This document shows positions 11,213 through 24,281 of a DNA stretch of 64,000 nt, piece by piece. The DNA is from Eledone cirrhosa (lineage: Eukaryota): contig OZ024740.1 of NCBI GenBank assembly GCA_964016885.1, positions 207,762,001 to 207,826,000 of the forward strand, in the 5' to 3' direction. Within the stretch, counting starts at the first letter, position 1. Each line of letters starts with the position of its first letter. Under the pieces are notes generated by a model. It saw only the letters and a program-made list of their open reading frames with translations, had not been told where the DNA came from and made no database searches. A program made the position numbers and the translations under genes.

Positions 11213-14200
11213 GGGGATTCCTTTCTTCGTTTCTGTGCCTTTTCTTTCTTCTATCCTACGCCATTTTGTTTCTGTGTGTGTGTTGTGTGCTTAGTTTGCG
11301 CATGTGCCACATCCGGGTGTCTGTGTGTGTTTGTGTTCATTTTTCTATTTGTTTATTTATTTATTGTTGGTTGGTTGTTTGTTCTATGTGTGTGTGTGTT
11401 TTCATTTTGTCCTTAATTGTAAGTTGTGATGTTGCTGTTCCACTCATATTTTCTATTTAATTTTGGTTTTAATTCTTTTATGCTTACTGCCTCTGTAATT
11501 TGCCTAAACATTGCGTCTTTTCTGTGCGTGGATTCTATTTTTATTTCTATGCTCTCTAATCTACCCCTGTGTTCTATCTTAGCATGTTGGTAGAGCACAG
11601 ATGATTCTTTATTATCTTGGAGGTCTCGCCAGTGTTCATTTATTCGTTCCCCTATACTACGAGCTGTCTCACCTATGTACACTATATTTTTATTTCTACA
11701 TTGTCCTTCAGTACATCTTATGCTATACACTACATTTCTAGTTTTACAGTTAATATGGCGGCTTATTTTACAGGTTATACATTTCTTATCTATACATGAG
11801 GGTCTTTGGAACGGGTATGTCTTGCTAATAAGTGTTTTTACGGAGGTACCAGGTCTTTCTACTATCTTAATATTGAGATTATGTTTATTTAGGGCCCTTC
11901 TAAATTTGTAGGCTAGTTCGCCTCTAGGGGTTGTATTGATGAACATTACACTCTGGTACTTATTGCTATCATACCATGAGTTTATTCTATTGGCCTTGTT
12001 CCTAGTTCTTTCTATTCTATTCCAAAATTTGCTCCTATACAAGGGGCAGGTCCCATTTATGTCATTATTTACCATTTTTTCCCATTTGGTTCTGGCTCCT
12101 TTATACACTCTGATTCTATCTCTCTGATTGTAGCCAGAGAACTGCATACGGTGGATGAAGTGTTGTATGTGTCTCTCTAGTTCTTCGGGGTTGCACATGC
12201 GGGACATTTCTCATCACCCGTACCAAATCCGCAATCAGTATGTTGATTTTGGTATGGTCCGAAATGGCCGAGTTTCGGTGGATCAGATGTTTGGAAGTCA
12301 TGGGTTTGGCATAATGGGAATGGAGGATTTGTTTTTGGTTGTTAATGGTATCTAACCAGAGCTCTGTGTCTAGTACAGGTAATCGATGGTTGGGGTGTCT
12401 ACTTGGGTAGTCTATAGTAACTCTAATGCTCTGGTGGATGGAGTTTGCTATTTGCTGGATGCTTTCCATTGTGTTTTTCTCTAGTTCCTGACTGTTCTTT
12501 AGTGGGGGTGTCTTAACTACGATGTTTATATCATCTACGTAGCGGGAGTACATTATCAGGGTTAAGCTGTCTTCTAATTGTTCATTAAGTTTTTGTTTAA
12601 GTCTACTGTCCCACCATACCATGAATAAGTTAGCTATGTCGCCTGCAATGCTAACACCAATGGCTGCTCCTTCCTCTTGGGCATATGTTTTACCATTAAA
12701 TTTGAACATATATTCCTTAAGGGTTAATTTTATGCTGGCCCCTACCGCATGTGCAATCATTTTCTTCAGTTCATCGTGGTTTTCGGGTGTCCGTATGGCT
12801 CTGGTCCACCCGTTCCATCTATCTGTGTGGGTTTTCTTGGCCATTGAGGTAATGGTAGGTGGTCTGCCTCTTGCTGGTCTTGTAGGGCACAGGTTGCTAA
12901 GGTCATAAGTGTCTAGGTAACTATTACTATGGGTAAGCTTAAGTAGAAGTCCCAGCTCACTGGTATCAATCCCACGGAACTCAACCTTGCTCTCGCTGAT
13001 CATTTCTACGCATTTCTCCACAGCAAAATCCACGTCAATAGATGGATATGCAGTTTGTTAGGTCCCCAGATCGGTTACCCGCGCCGATTCTGCTGAGGAG
13101 GTCCTCCGTGCTGTCACACACATCTGGGGACATCTCAATGATGGGGCGTATGATCAGGGAGAGGAAGTAGGACAGTCTGTAGTTACTAGCAATGTTAGCC
13201 CCACAGACTGGTCTTGTTGGTGGTCCCGTGACGGGGTCCCAGCCCGTTTTATGGTCTTTTCGAAGCCCATACAACGCCGGCACGTCATTGTTCCAGGCCT
13301 GGAAGTTGTTGGCAGTCCTTTTGTTGGGCTGCATTATATTTGTCCACATCACCATATGGGCATTGAGGGCTTTTTCTCTATCCTCATGCTCCTGTGGTGT
13401 TACCTCTCTTGTGTTAGTGATGTGGGGTTGCATTGCCTGGATGTAGTTTGGCAGGCTGTCAACCGACATTCTGCCAGACTTGTCTGTTGGAAAACATGCT
13501 ATCTCTCCATTACGCGAGCGCTGCATGAGCTTACGCAAGCCATTTGCAGATTCTTCTCCCAGTTGCTGGGCCTCTATTCTATTATGCTTCTTGCTATACT
13601 GTTCTATAATATTTCTAAGTTCGGATTTAGCTATACTAAATTGTGCTTCTGTTTGTTCATCGACCTGCGACGGCAACTGCGTGCGTTTGTTAAATGGCAA
13701 AGTCGTGGCGTGGACTCGTCGTAGGTCGAATGATTTATCGGAGGGGTTATAAAACGGAGAGTTCCAGGCTGCTGCTTTATGTGTACTAGTGCTATTATTA
13801 TTGTTAGTTGTGTTATTTCTATTTCTATTTCCACCAGCAGCCTCAGCTTCATGGTTGTTTCTATGTCTCTCATAATTACTCCTGTCTCTTTCCACTGGCT
13901 CAATGTTGTTATCTACCCTATTTTGTGTGTCTGTGTGTTCGTCTTGGTTATTCTCTTTGTCCTTAGTCTCCCATCTCCTTTTCTTTTTAATCCTATTACT
14001 TTCTCTTATTTCTCTGATTTCTGTGCTACTGTCATTACTTGTTTTCTGTGTCTGTGTGTTTGTTAAGATTGTGGTGGTGGTGAGAGGCATTGAATGCGTG
14101 TGTGTTGTTGTTGTTGATGTGTGTTGTTGTTGATGTGTTTTGTTGTTGTCTCCGTGTGTGTGTGTGTGTTATCGTTGGTGTGTGTGTTGTTATTGTTGTT

Positions 14201-14330
14201 TGTGTCTGCGTGTCTGTTGTTCTTAATCTGCCACAGTAGCGATGGGTAGCAGTAAACTTTGGCAAGGCATAGGTGGGCCACTGACAGCGAATTTCGTTGA
14301 AATCTGCGATGCTAATGGTCAACTTCCTTC
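11168..14330 (-). mobile_element. Penelope-like element (RT + C-terminal GIY-YIG), disrupted
   Basis: ORF pieces 14090-13035, 13033-12116, 12207-11413: PTDKSGR, YGLRKDHK, PTRPVC, YSRYVDDI, VVYSIRC...YIGETARS...R...H, LKPKLN. Confidence 0.9.
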
Positions 14331-14449
14331 GGACATGCGCTTGCGCAGACCGGTGGTGGTGAATTGGTATTCACAAGGGAACGGATGAAAAACCCAAAAG
14401 CACGAACTTCATCCGTTCCCATGTCGGAAACAACCTTATTATGTAACAA

Positions 14450-14523
14450 GCTGTCTGATGATGTCACGACACTCGCACACAGAACAGTGTGGCCAGTGTC
14501 GTCATTGAAATATATATCACAGC
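14450..14523 (+). ncRNA. Type I hammerhead ribozyme (minimal palindromic stem III, long stem II)
   Basis: gctgt CTGATGA tgtcacgacact...agtgtcgtcatt GAAA tatata TC^ acagc. Confidence 0.75.
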
Positions 14524-14646
14524 ATTATTATTAAAGGACTTGAACATCTGAAACTACTTCGCTTTTACTTATTCGATATTTACTCCGTCACTCCTATGTG
14601 GAAAAAGTACGTTGAGTGCTTGAATTGAATTGCATCAATGTTTACC

Positions 14647-14693
<47 letters not shown>

Positions 14694-14784
14694 TTAGGTT
14701 AATAGGAGTTACGTATTGTATACCCGTGTCCCATTAAGGTATTGGCAGCATAATAATTAGCTCTATGCTTTGGAGCAGAGCCGT

Positions 14785-15487
14785 ATATATGATAAAGAAC
14801 ACAAGAGCGTCTACAACATCAAAAGATTTTTATTGGCTTACAATGTTTCTTCCTTACGTAACCGTAGGATTCGTCAGAGCTATAAAAGGGGTTTGATTGG
14901 TGTTATGGTCTCTACCAACCAAACATTCAAGAACAAAGAGTAAAGAGAGTAAAGAGCAAAAGCAGGGGACGATAAGCCTAATTTTGGTGCGGGAGGGTAG
15001 GGTGTGGGTCCTTGTTTACTAGCTGCGGTCATATTCATTCCCGGGAGTCGAGTGGTTAGTTGAGCCATAGATGGGGTGGCGTCGATAGTAGGGTGCAGAG
15101 GGTGTGCAGAGGCTACACACACACAAAAGGCATACAATATATATATAACGGAGGAGGTAATTAGAAATGGAAAAAGAGTAATAATAATAATCTATAATTA
15201 ATAATGTATAATAAGACATGGGGAAGATTACACTATAATAAGGTATAAAAGTAAGAATAAGGTAAAATATAAAGGAGGATAAAAGTGAAAATAAGAATAA
15301 AGATAAAAAATATATATAAAAAATATATAGAGAATATATAAAGAAATATAAGCAGGTATTAGGAGGGGAAAACACAATGTAAAAAAACCGATCTTTTCAA
15401 ACAAAAATATTATAAATATAAGGGGAGAAAACGGGATAGAGAAATATAATCAAATGTGATTATTTGAGAGAATATAAGATGATAATG
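14785..15487 (-). repeat. Left arm of a ~700-bp inverted repeat (PLE pLTR-like)
   Basis: Near-identical reverse complement of 17155-17868; ORFs 14880-15137(-) and 17519-17776(+) are nearly the same. Confidence 0.9.
14831..14884 (-). ncRNA. Hammerhead ribozyme
   Basis: Reverse complement of the copy at 17772-17825. Confidence 0.7.
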
Positions 15488-15848
15488 ATTTGTTTGAAAA
15501 GATCGGTTTTTTTACATAGTGTTTTCCCCTCCTAATACCTGCTTATATTTCTTTATATATTCTCTATATATTTTTTATAAATATTTTTTATCTTTATTCT
15601 TATTTTCACTTTTATCTCCTCTTGCCAACACAAAATCCTGAGTTCCTTCTTCTATTTTAAACCTAGCACATAGACGTAACATATATTACGCAACCCCACC
15701 TAGACATACCCCTCCTTGACTATAACTCCCCCCCCCCAACCCATAACCCAGATAGATAGGTAGCCTGAGGGTGGAACAATCCCCTACAAGGTTGGTGTTT
15801 GTGTGTGTGCGTATGTGTGTGTCTGTGTGTGTGTGTGTATCCTCCTTT

Positions 15849-15880
<32 letters not shown>

Positions 15881-17154
15881 ACATGGGTATGTATGTGTGC
15901 GTACGTGTGTGAATGCATGCATGCATATGTGCGTGTATTGTATACATGTATATTGTATGTATATATATGTATATTGTATGCATCTGTATTATATTGTGTG
16001 TATGTGTATATGTGATATGTATGTATATATGTATATGTATGTGTATATGTGTATGTGTGTGTGTATGATATGTATATGTGTGTGTATGTATGTATATTTT
16101 TTTCTGTAGAAGTCTTCTCTATATGTGGTATTTGGCATGAATTCCTCCTATAATACTCCTCTTTGAGAGGAGCACGATATGTGGAGTCACACATATGTAT
16201 TGTCGCAGTTTAAACTGAGAACCACCACCCCTCCTGCCGACCCAAATGTTTACTGAGGACCAGAACACCATTCTCCACAATATAAGAGAGGAATGCGCTT
16301 GCCGGACTATTGATGACCATAACATCACATTCCAAGGTAATGACAAAACACAGTGAATACTAGACATGACCAGAACACCACAACATGCACATCGGAGCAA
16401 CAGAGATATAACATCAATAAGCGAGTCAATTGAATTTTTTGAGTTGAAATACATATAGATATGTGTCTGTGTGTATCGGACACACGTACACATAAAGAAG
16501 CTGCTGACCTAAATGTACCTGTCATGCCTGTCTGAATTCCTAAAAGAATTCTCGGTCAGTTACTATCTTGACCAATTACCCTCACAATTACTACGTAGCG
16601 GTTCTTGCACGTGACTGCTGGACCCGGATGAAACGAAGACGAAGAATTTCATTGCGTACCGTTTTGCACCACAGATGCGATCTCACTCTGCCTCGTTAAT
16701 GTTCAATCGACACCAAAGTTCTACGTTCGGGGCAATAGAATTGAATCCAACCACCGACAATATAGTTGGATGACCGATAATCACACCAAACAGGAGTACT
16801 GTGATCCTTGTGATTTCGAGATATACAACCACTGACACTGTTACGAAGACCAGAAAACCATACTCCATAATATTGAACCAGGTGATTGATTTGCGCGACC
16901 AAAATAACACCACACACATATTGAACTAGGAATATTGGATCCTCCGTCAATGTCTGGGTGAGCAAAAATAGATTTCTATCTGCATTGAAATTTACGAACT
17001 TGTGCATCTGCTGTGGTGTCAAAAACAAACGCACATGACCGCACGGATGAACAATGGACTATACCACGTGGCTTGAACCTGCAGGTGAATTGAAGGATGT
17101 GTAACTCTGATATACAGATTGTTTATTATTAGGATGTATAAACTTGACATAACT

Positions 17155-17865
17155 ATTATCATCTTATATTCTCTCAAATAATCACATTTGATCATATTTC
17201 TCTATCCCGTTTTGTGCCCCTATATTTATAATATTTTTGTTTGAAAAGATCGGTTTTTTTTTACATTGTGTTTTCCCCTCCTAATACCTGCTTATATTTT
17301 TTTATATATTCTCTATATATTTTTTTATATATTCTCTATATATTTTTTATCTTTATTCTTATTTTCACTTTTATCCTCCTTTATATTTTACCTTATTCTT
17401 ACTTTTATACCTTATTATAGTGTAATCTTCCCCATGCCTTATTATACATTATTAATTATAGATTATTATTATTATTACTCTTTTTCCATTTCTAATTACC
17501 TCCTCCGTTATATATATATTGTATGCCTTTTGTGTGTGTGTAGCCTCTGCACACCCTCTGCACCCTACTATCGACGCCACCCCATCTATGGCTCAACTAA
17601 CCACTCGACTCCCGGGAATGAATATGACCACAGCTAGTAAACAAGGACCCAAACCCCACCCTCCCGCACCAAAATTAGGCTTATCGTCCCCTGCTTTTGC
17701 TCTTTACTCTCTTTACTCTTTGTTCTTGAATGTTTGGTTGGTAGAGTCCATAACACCAATCAAACCCCTTTTATAGCTCTGACGAATCCTACGGTTACGT
17801 AAGGAAGAAACATTGTAAGCCAATAAAAATCTTTTGATGTTGTAGACGCTCTTGTGTTCTTTATC

Positions 17866-17868
<3 letters not shown>
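17155..17868 (+). repeat. Right arm of the ~700-bp inverted repeat
   Basis: See left arm; ends in (TA)n. Confidence 0.9.
17772..17825 (+). ncRNA. Hammerhead ribozyme
   Basis: tatagct CTGACGA a tcct-acg gtta cgt-a-agga a GAAA cattg TA^ agccaata. Confidence 0.7.
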
Positions 17869-17943
<75 letters not shown>

Positions 17944-18158
17944 CTTAATATATTTGACGCGTGTTGTTTTCTATTTTAGATGGGTATTTTTCCAGTTTAG
18001 GCATCAATATGTAATATTTCTATTCGAAAAATGAATTTATTTCATGTTTATCGAGTTCTCTGGTAAGATGCTTTACACGAAAATTATTTCTTTTAATTGT
18101 ATTTGCGAGTCACTCATCACTATTACAGCACCTCTCCCCCACATATATATATATATGT

Positions 18159-18242
<84 letters not shown>

Positions 18243-18469
18243 GTATATATATTATATATATATATATGTATATGAGACTTGGGTTCAATCGGAGATAACC
18301 ACAGTTAGTAAGGTACTCAATACATTCATAGAATGTAAACATCATGTTTAATATAGAAATGGCTTCTACAGGACTAGAACTGTTTCATTCAAAATATATA
18401 AACATGATACATACATTGATACATACATACATGTATGTATGAATGTATGTATCATGTTTATATCTTTTG

Positions 18470-18986
18470 TCGCTCTCGAGTGCTACTGGTAACATGTAAC
18501 CCAGTACAACCTGTCTCATGGTCGGGTAGTCGGCGACTAAACCGGCAACACCACCAAGCTGGCTTGGTGAGGAGAATGATATTTGGATACCTTGCGGGAT
18601 AAAATACAAGACCCGGCAAAGGGCGAAGGAACTCAACAGAGTGAACGGCCATCCAAATAGTACTTTTTTTTCACCTGGGAGTGAAAGGCCCCCAGTTGTT
18701 GTCACAACACCTTTCTAAGAGAGGGAAACTCCGAAAAAAAACCTGCGGCTTCGGAAGCATCCGATGATGTTGACCAGTTCTCCTTTTCGGGTAGTGTTTT
18801 CGATAATCAGAAAGTGGGATTGGTCGAGTGCAAGGCCTTTCCCCACTTAAAAAAACCTTCAAAGCACAAGCATTCCTTGTTCAGGATCTGTTACAGGTTC
18901 GTGTGGCTGGCTGTAGTTTAAACGTGCATCATTTTCTGTCATCTGACAGGCGATTGCAATACTATTAGCAGAGTTTGCAGCCATCA
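18470..18986 (+). mobile_element. Non-autonomous RTE derivative (diverged subfamily)
   Basis: 5' part homologous to the RTE 5' UTR at 37660-38432; ends gagtttgcagccatcat(gtat)n. Confidence 0.7.
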
Positions 18987-19096
18987 TGTATGTATGTATG
19001 TGTTCTTCTGGTTTTATAATTTCGCATGTGTATATGCTTAGTATCTGTACATGTGTATATGCAGTTATTAGATGCAAACGTTTTGGAATGTTTTAC

Positions 19097-19127
<31 letters not shown>

Positions 19128-19165
19128 TGTATGTATGTATGTATGTATGTATGTATGTATGTTAT

Positions 19166-19766
19166 GTCAGGTCACCAGTTGGTGCTACTGGTAACATGTA
19201 TCCCAGTACAACCTGTCCCATGGTCGGGACGTTGGCGACTAAACTGGCAACCCCACCAAGGTTTCTTGGTGACTTTGGACATCCTGCAGGACTAAAAACA
19301 AAACCTGTCAAAGGGCAAAGGAGCTCTTAAGAGTCAATGACCATCCAAAATCACCGAGAGAGATGACCCCTTAGCCTTTGTCAAGGCAGAATTCTAGGAG
19401 AAGGAAAACTCTGATATAACACCTGCAACCCTGATGGTATCCAATGATGTTGACTTGTCCTTCTTTTTGGTAAATATCCTCTTAGTTAAGAGAGTGGGAC
19501 TGGCTTTGTGCAGTGCCTTTGCTCACTATAAAAGCTTCTCGGCACAGGCATTGCTTTATATCTGGAAATCTCTCTGCACTTGTCGTCACATGGTACCATG
19601 GGCCCAGCACTATGTGTCAATAATTGTCACAAGTGTAGTGTTTGTACCAGAGTTTTCAAGTCGCTGGCTGGACTAAAAAGTCACACTTGTTCAGCGCATA
19701 GGTAGGGGTTCTCCTACATGGATATAAAGTAGTGGCCGTACTCGAAAACGAGTTGGCAGCCACCAT
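19166..19766 (+). mobile_element. ~600-bp bipartite non-autonomous RTE element
   Basis: Highly similar to 33639-34239 and 38668-39276; RTE 5' UTR joined to the RTE 3' tail; within (TATG)n. Confidence 0.85.
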
Positions 19767-19781
19767 GTATGTATGTATGTA

Positions 19782-20055
19782 TGTTCTTCTGATTTTAAAA
19801 TTTCACAAATTTTTTCCCAATAGAGAGAGAGCCGGTTTCTAACATAGACACAAGACTCTCTCATTGGAATTTACACATCAACTAGGTAGATTATGTATGC
19901 ATGTCTGCATGTGTAGATATGGATGTTATTGTATGTGTGGATGTGGATGTTTTGAGTTGTATGTGTGCATGTGTATATGCTTTGTATCTGTACATGTGTA
20001 TATGCAGTTATTAGATGCAACATTTTTGGAATGTTTTACATATTTTTTACTGTTC
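19782..20055 (-). mobile_element. 3' end of an R4/Dong-like non-LTR element
   Basis: Reverse complement of 41635-41915; a shorter deleted copy lies at 18999-19097. Confidence 0.7.
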
Positions 20056-20685
20056 CATTATGTATGTATGTATGTATGTATGTATGTATGTATGTATGTA
20101 TGTATGTATGTATGTATGCATGCATGTATGTATGTATAGTTCAAAATTAAAAACGACAAACACAGATACAATTACGCAGTCTTATTAGTTTCACGCTTGT
20201 TGGAAACGGAAGAGGAATGTCCCAGCATATGGAACATTAGTCCTTCATCGGGCGGAATAAAGTTAGGGGAAAGATGAGGCTAGGAGATGGAAGAAATACA
20301 AATATGTGTGTGCAGCGGGGAGGGGCAGGTATATGTGTTCTTTAACACACACAGACGTATATGTTTGGGGGGATGGAGTAGGGCATGGAGTGGGGAATTG
20401 AGTGGGGTTGAAAACATATTATTATTACCGTCCCTCTCATCATAAAATCCCTTTCTCTTAATTATACATAACAATAATCTTTTAGGAATTAACTGCATCT
20501 GCTAATGAGATTAACGAATCAAATTAGATCCCCCAGATAATTATATCCGGAATTGTGAGTTAAATACGAAGCTACAGTAGTCATGTGTATGTATGTATGT
20601 ATGTATGTATGTATGTATGTATGTATGTATGTATGTATGTATGTATGTATGTATGTATGCATGTATATGGATGGATGTGTGTATA

Positions 20686-20716
<31 letters not shown>

Positions 20717-20804
20717 GTTTGTTTGTATATATGTGTGTGTGTATGTATGTATAGATGTGTGTATATGTATGTATGGATGTGTGTATATATATGTATATAT
20801 CGAT

Positions 20805-21450
20805 GACACGTGGCTTTGTGGTTAGGGTATTCGGCTCACAATCGTAAGGTCGTGAGTTCGATTCCCGATGATGTGTTGTGTCCTTGAGCAAGACACTTTA
20901 TTTCCTGTTGCTCCAGTCCACTCAGCTGGCAAAAACGAGTTGTAGCTGTAATTCGAAGGGCCAGCCTTATCATATTATGTCTCACGCTGAATCGCCCTGA
21001 GATCTACGTTAAGGGTTCGCATGTCTGTGGAATGCTCAGCCACTTGCACGTTAATTTCATGAACAGGCTGTTCCGTTGATCGTATCAACTGGAACACTTG
21101 TCGCCGTAACCGAGGAGTGCCAAGAAACACATTGATCCCTTAAATTTGAGAGAAGACACGTGCCCTACTATACATCGTCTACGGTTCATGATCGCATGGT
21201 CGTGAGTTCAATTCCTGGCAGTGTTTTTGTCCTTCAGCCAGACAATTTCACGTTTTTCTGATAGCAAAAAATCTGTTATATCTGTATTTCAAAATGTCAG
21301 CCTTATCACACTGTGTCACGTAGAGTCTTGCTTAGAACTAGATTAGCGGTACACGTGTCTATGGCATGCCCAGCCACTTACATGTTAATTTCACGAGCAG
21401 TCTCTGTAGTTGTTCGACTAACTGGAATACTAACGTAACCAACAGAGGTC
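20805..21450 (+). mobile_element. Two tRNA-derived CORE-like SINEs (second degenerate)
   Basis: A box tggctttgtggttagg, B box gagttcgattccc, core tgtgtccttgagcaagacacttt. Confidence 0.8.
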
Positions 21451-21521
21451 AAACAACAACAACAAAAATAACATTTTTAAATAGGATCTGTTGGGAAACT
21501 GCTATATGTTATTATTAGCAC

Positions 21522-21817
21522 CACTGCTGGATTTAATGGAAGGCAAAGGGGGCAATTACCCCGGGCCCCCTGCAATGGGGGTCCTACCAGTGACGGCCGT
21601 AGCAATTTATTTGTGCCCTTAGCTGGGCTTATTAACTTTAGAATGGTTAGATTTTTTAAATTTAATACATGAATGTATAACTTTTCAATTCCAATTACTT
21701 GCGCCAAGCTGACTTTGATATGTAAAATTGGGTGGTTTTCTGTGTGTTCTAATTTCATGTGTATGAGACCCTCAAATAGAAGTGCCCCGGTCCCCTTAAG
21801 GGTTAAATTCAACCCTG
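21522..21817. mobile_element. hAT-type MITE
   Basis: Imperfect TIRs cactgctggatttaa / ttaaattcaaccctg; 8-bp TSD attagcac / attaacac. Confidence 0.7.
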
Positions 21818-21977
21818 ATTAACACCTAATCTAATTTGGGGCACCCTTTTATACTCCAAACGCAGAGCAATATTTTCATGTTCCCCAATAAGGTCCGATA
21901 GTTACTTGCCTGAAGAGTGCGTAATAGAACGTGGTGTGATTGTGACACGAGGTTATATATATGTCTACGTACTTCTG

Positions 21978-22500
21978 TTTGTGTGTGTTTGTATGGGTTT
22001 GTGTGTGTTTGTGTGTGTTTGTATGGGTTTGTATGTGTTTGTGTGTGTTTGTATGTGTTTGTATGTGTTTGTATGTGTTTGTGTGTGTTTGTGTGTGTTT
22101 GTATGTGTTTGTATGTGTTTGTGTGTGTTTGTGAGTGTTTGTATATGTTTGTGTGTGTTTGTGTGTGTGTGTATGGGTTTGTATGTGTTTGTGTGTGTTT
22201 GTGTGTGTTTGTATGTGTTTGTATGCGTTTGTGTGTTTTTGTGTGTGTTTTTGTGTGTATGTGTGTGTGTGTGTTTGTGTGTGTTTGCGTGTATTTGTGT
22301 GTGTTTGTGTGTGTTTGTATGTGTTTGTATGTGTTTGAGTCTGTTTGTATGTGTTTGCGTGTATCTGTGTGTTTGTGTGTGTTTGTATGTGTTTGTGTGT
22401 TTGTGTGTGTTTGTATGTGTTTGTATGGGTTTGTGTATGTTTGTGTGTGTTTGTATGTGTTTATGTGTGTTTGTGTATGGTTGTGTGTTTGTGTGTATGT

Positions 22501-22534
<34 letters not shown>

Positions 22535-22620
22535 TAGAGAGAGAGAGCGAGCGACAGTGAGAGAGGAGAGAGAAAGACAGAGAGAAGGGGAGAGAGCGAA
22601 AGAGAGAGAGAGAGAGAATA
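21978..22620. repeat. 10-bp gt(g/a)tgtgttt minisatellite followed by (GA)n
   Basis: Direct inspection. Confidence 0.9.
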
Positions 22621-23126
22621 TATGTATATATACATGTATGCGTCATTATGTCTGTGTGTGACTGAGTTCAGGCACATCTAAAGATTCATTAGGTACCTCA
22701 GTGTTTGTCAGTGCAATGTAAAGTCTTGAATTAAAAGCCATGCTTTAAAAGGAAGGCATCAACAGTTGCTCCACCAAATCAACGAACGTCATGCAAATTA
22801 GCCTGATCATTTCACTAACATTTTATCCCCTTGTTGACATACTTAGCGATGCTATGTAGAATCCTTGTGTTGGTAAACTTCTGAAGAACAGATAATAGTT
22901 TCCGAAACACGTAAGGATAATATCTAAGAAAATAGAAAGTGTGATTACACTTTTATCCTTTCACATTGAGCCTTCAAATACAAACCTGTAACTATAACTA
23001 CCTTAAATACATCTTAGCATCTTAAATTTTCGAATATTGACTATGTTCCCCCCCCCCTCTCCCTCTCTCTATATATATATACGAATAAACGTTAAAGCAG
23101 GCTTGTGTTATTACATAATAAATTTG

Positions 23127-23226
<100 letters not shown>

Positions 23227-23417
23227 TGTGTGTGTGTATATAGTGGTGCGCGTGCATGTTTGAAAATAGAGCTCCCAATGCATATATCTCTAACAACGGC
23301 TGATAAGCCCTGGTCATCAGCCAATGTTATAGCTATCGCATTGGCGACTATATTTTAAAGTTTTGTATTTCCCAATGCTTCATAAATCAACCAGCCCTTA
23401 TTTATATGTATATATAG

Positions 23418-23495
<78 letters not shown>

Positions 23496-24246
23496 CATAC
23501 ATACACACACGCGCACGCACGCACACACACACACACAAATCTATAACGTCCAATAAGCAAGTAGTAAGATTGAGCTTTAAGAGAATGTTTCTCCTCACGC
23601 AAAGGCCGGTACAGCCTATATTAAATATAATAACAAGTTGATTAAATCTCTTAAATTTCAGTCTTACTACAGGTTCCTTCAGCCTTGTTTATATTTACGC
23701 CTTCTATTTGGAAGATGTGAGTTTTAGATTAACGGGAAAAAGGGGCCAAGATTCGCTGAGTAAGACGGTTTTCTTATGTCTTCAGCCATGTGGACAACCT
23801 ACACATTTGGCAAAGGAATGACATTCGGCAAAGGAATAACATTCGGCACTCACGGATAATCCTGAGCTTTATAATGAGGATTCGCTCCACAATAGTTTTA
23901 TGAAGTTCAGAACTAACATACTAAACGTGTTGTACGAAATCTGAAGAAATTGGCTAATAAAATATCATATGAAGCAACAGAAGTTTTAGAATGACCATAG
24001 ATGCAAGGCATCTATGATAGCGCCTATTAGCTGCCTGGTACCTTTATATATACATATACATTTCCACATACACATTCACGCATATACACAATCATATACA
24101 TCACAACACACACCACATGCAAATGCACTAACACACAATACATACACACAAATACACACACACACAAACCGTATAAACACAGAGAAACAATCACAAACCA
24201 CACAAACATAGTCACACACAGACAATACATACACTCACAAAGTCAC

Positions 24247-24281
<35 letters not shown>

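Noticed and set aside
14370-14425. SECIS element / selenoprotein PLE
   Set aside because: The hairpin lacks the AUGA/GA quartet on either strand; the TGA at 13035 arises from a frameshifting deletion, not an in-frame Sec codon
20178-20255. Minus-strand hammerhead (CCGATGA...GAAActaaTA)
   Set aside because: Core mutated and stems I and II do not pair convincingly; at best a relic
20805-20870. tRNA gene
   Set aside because: A/B boxes continue into a SINE core; no complete cloverleaf acceptor stem
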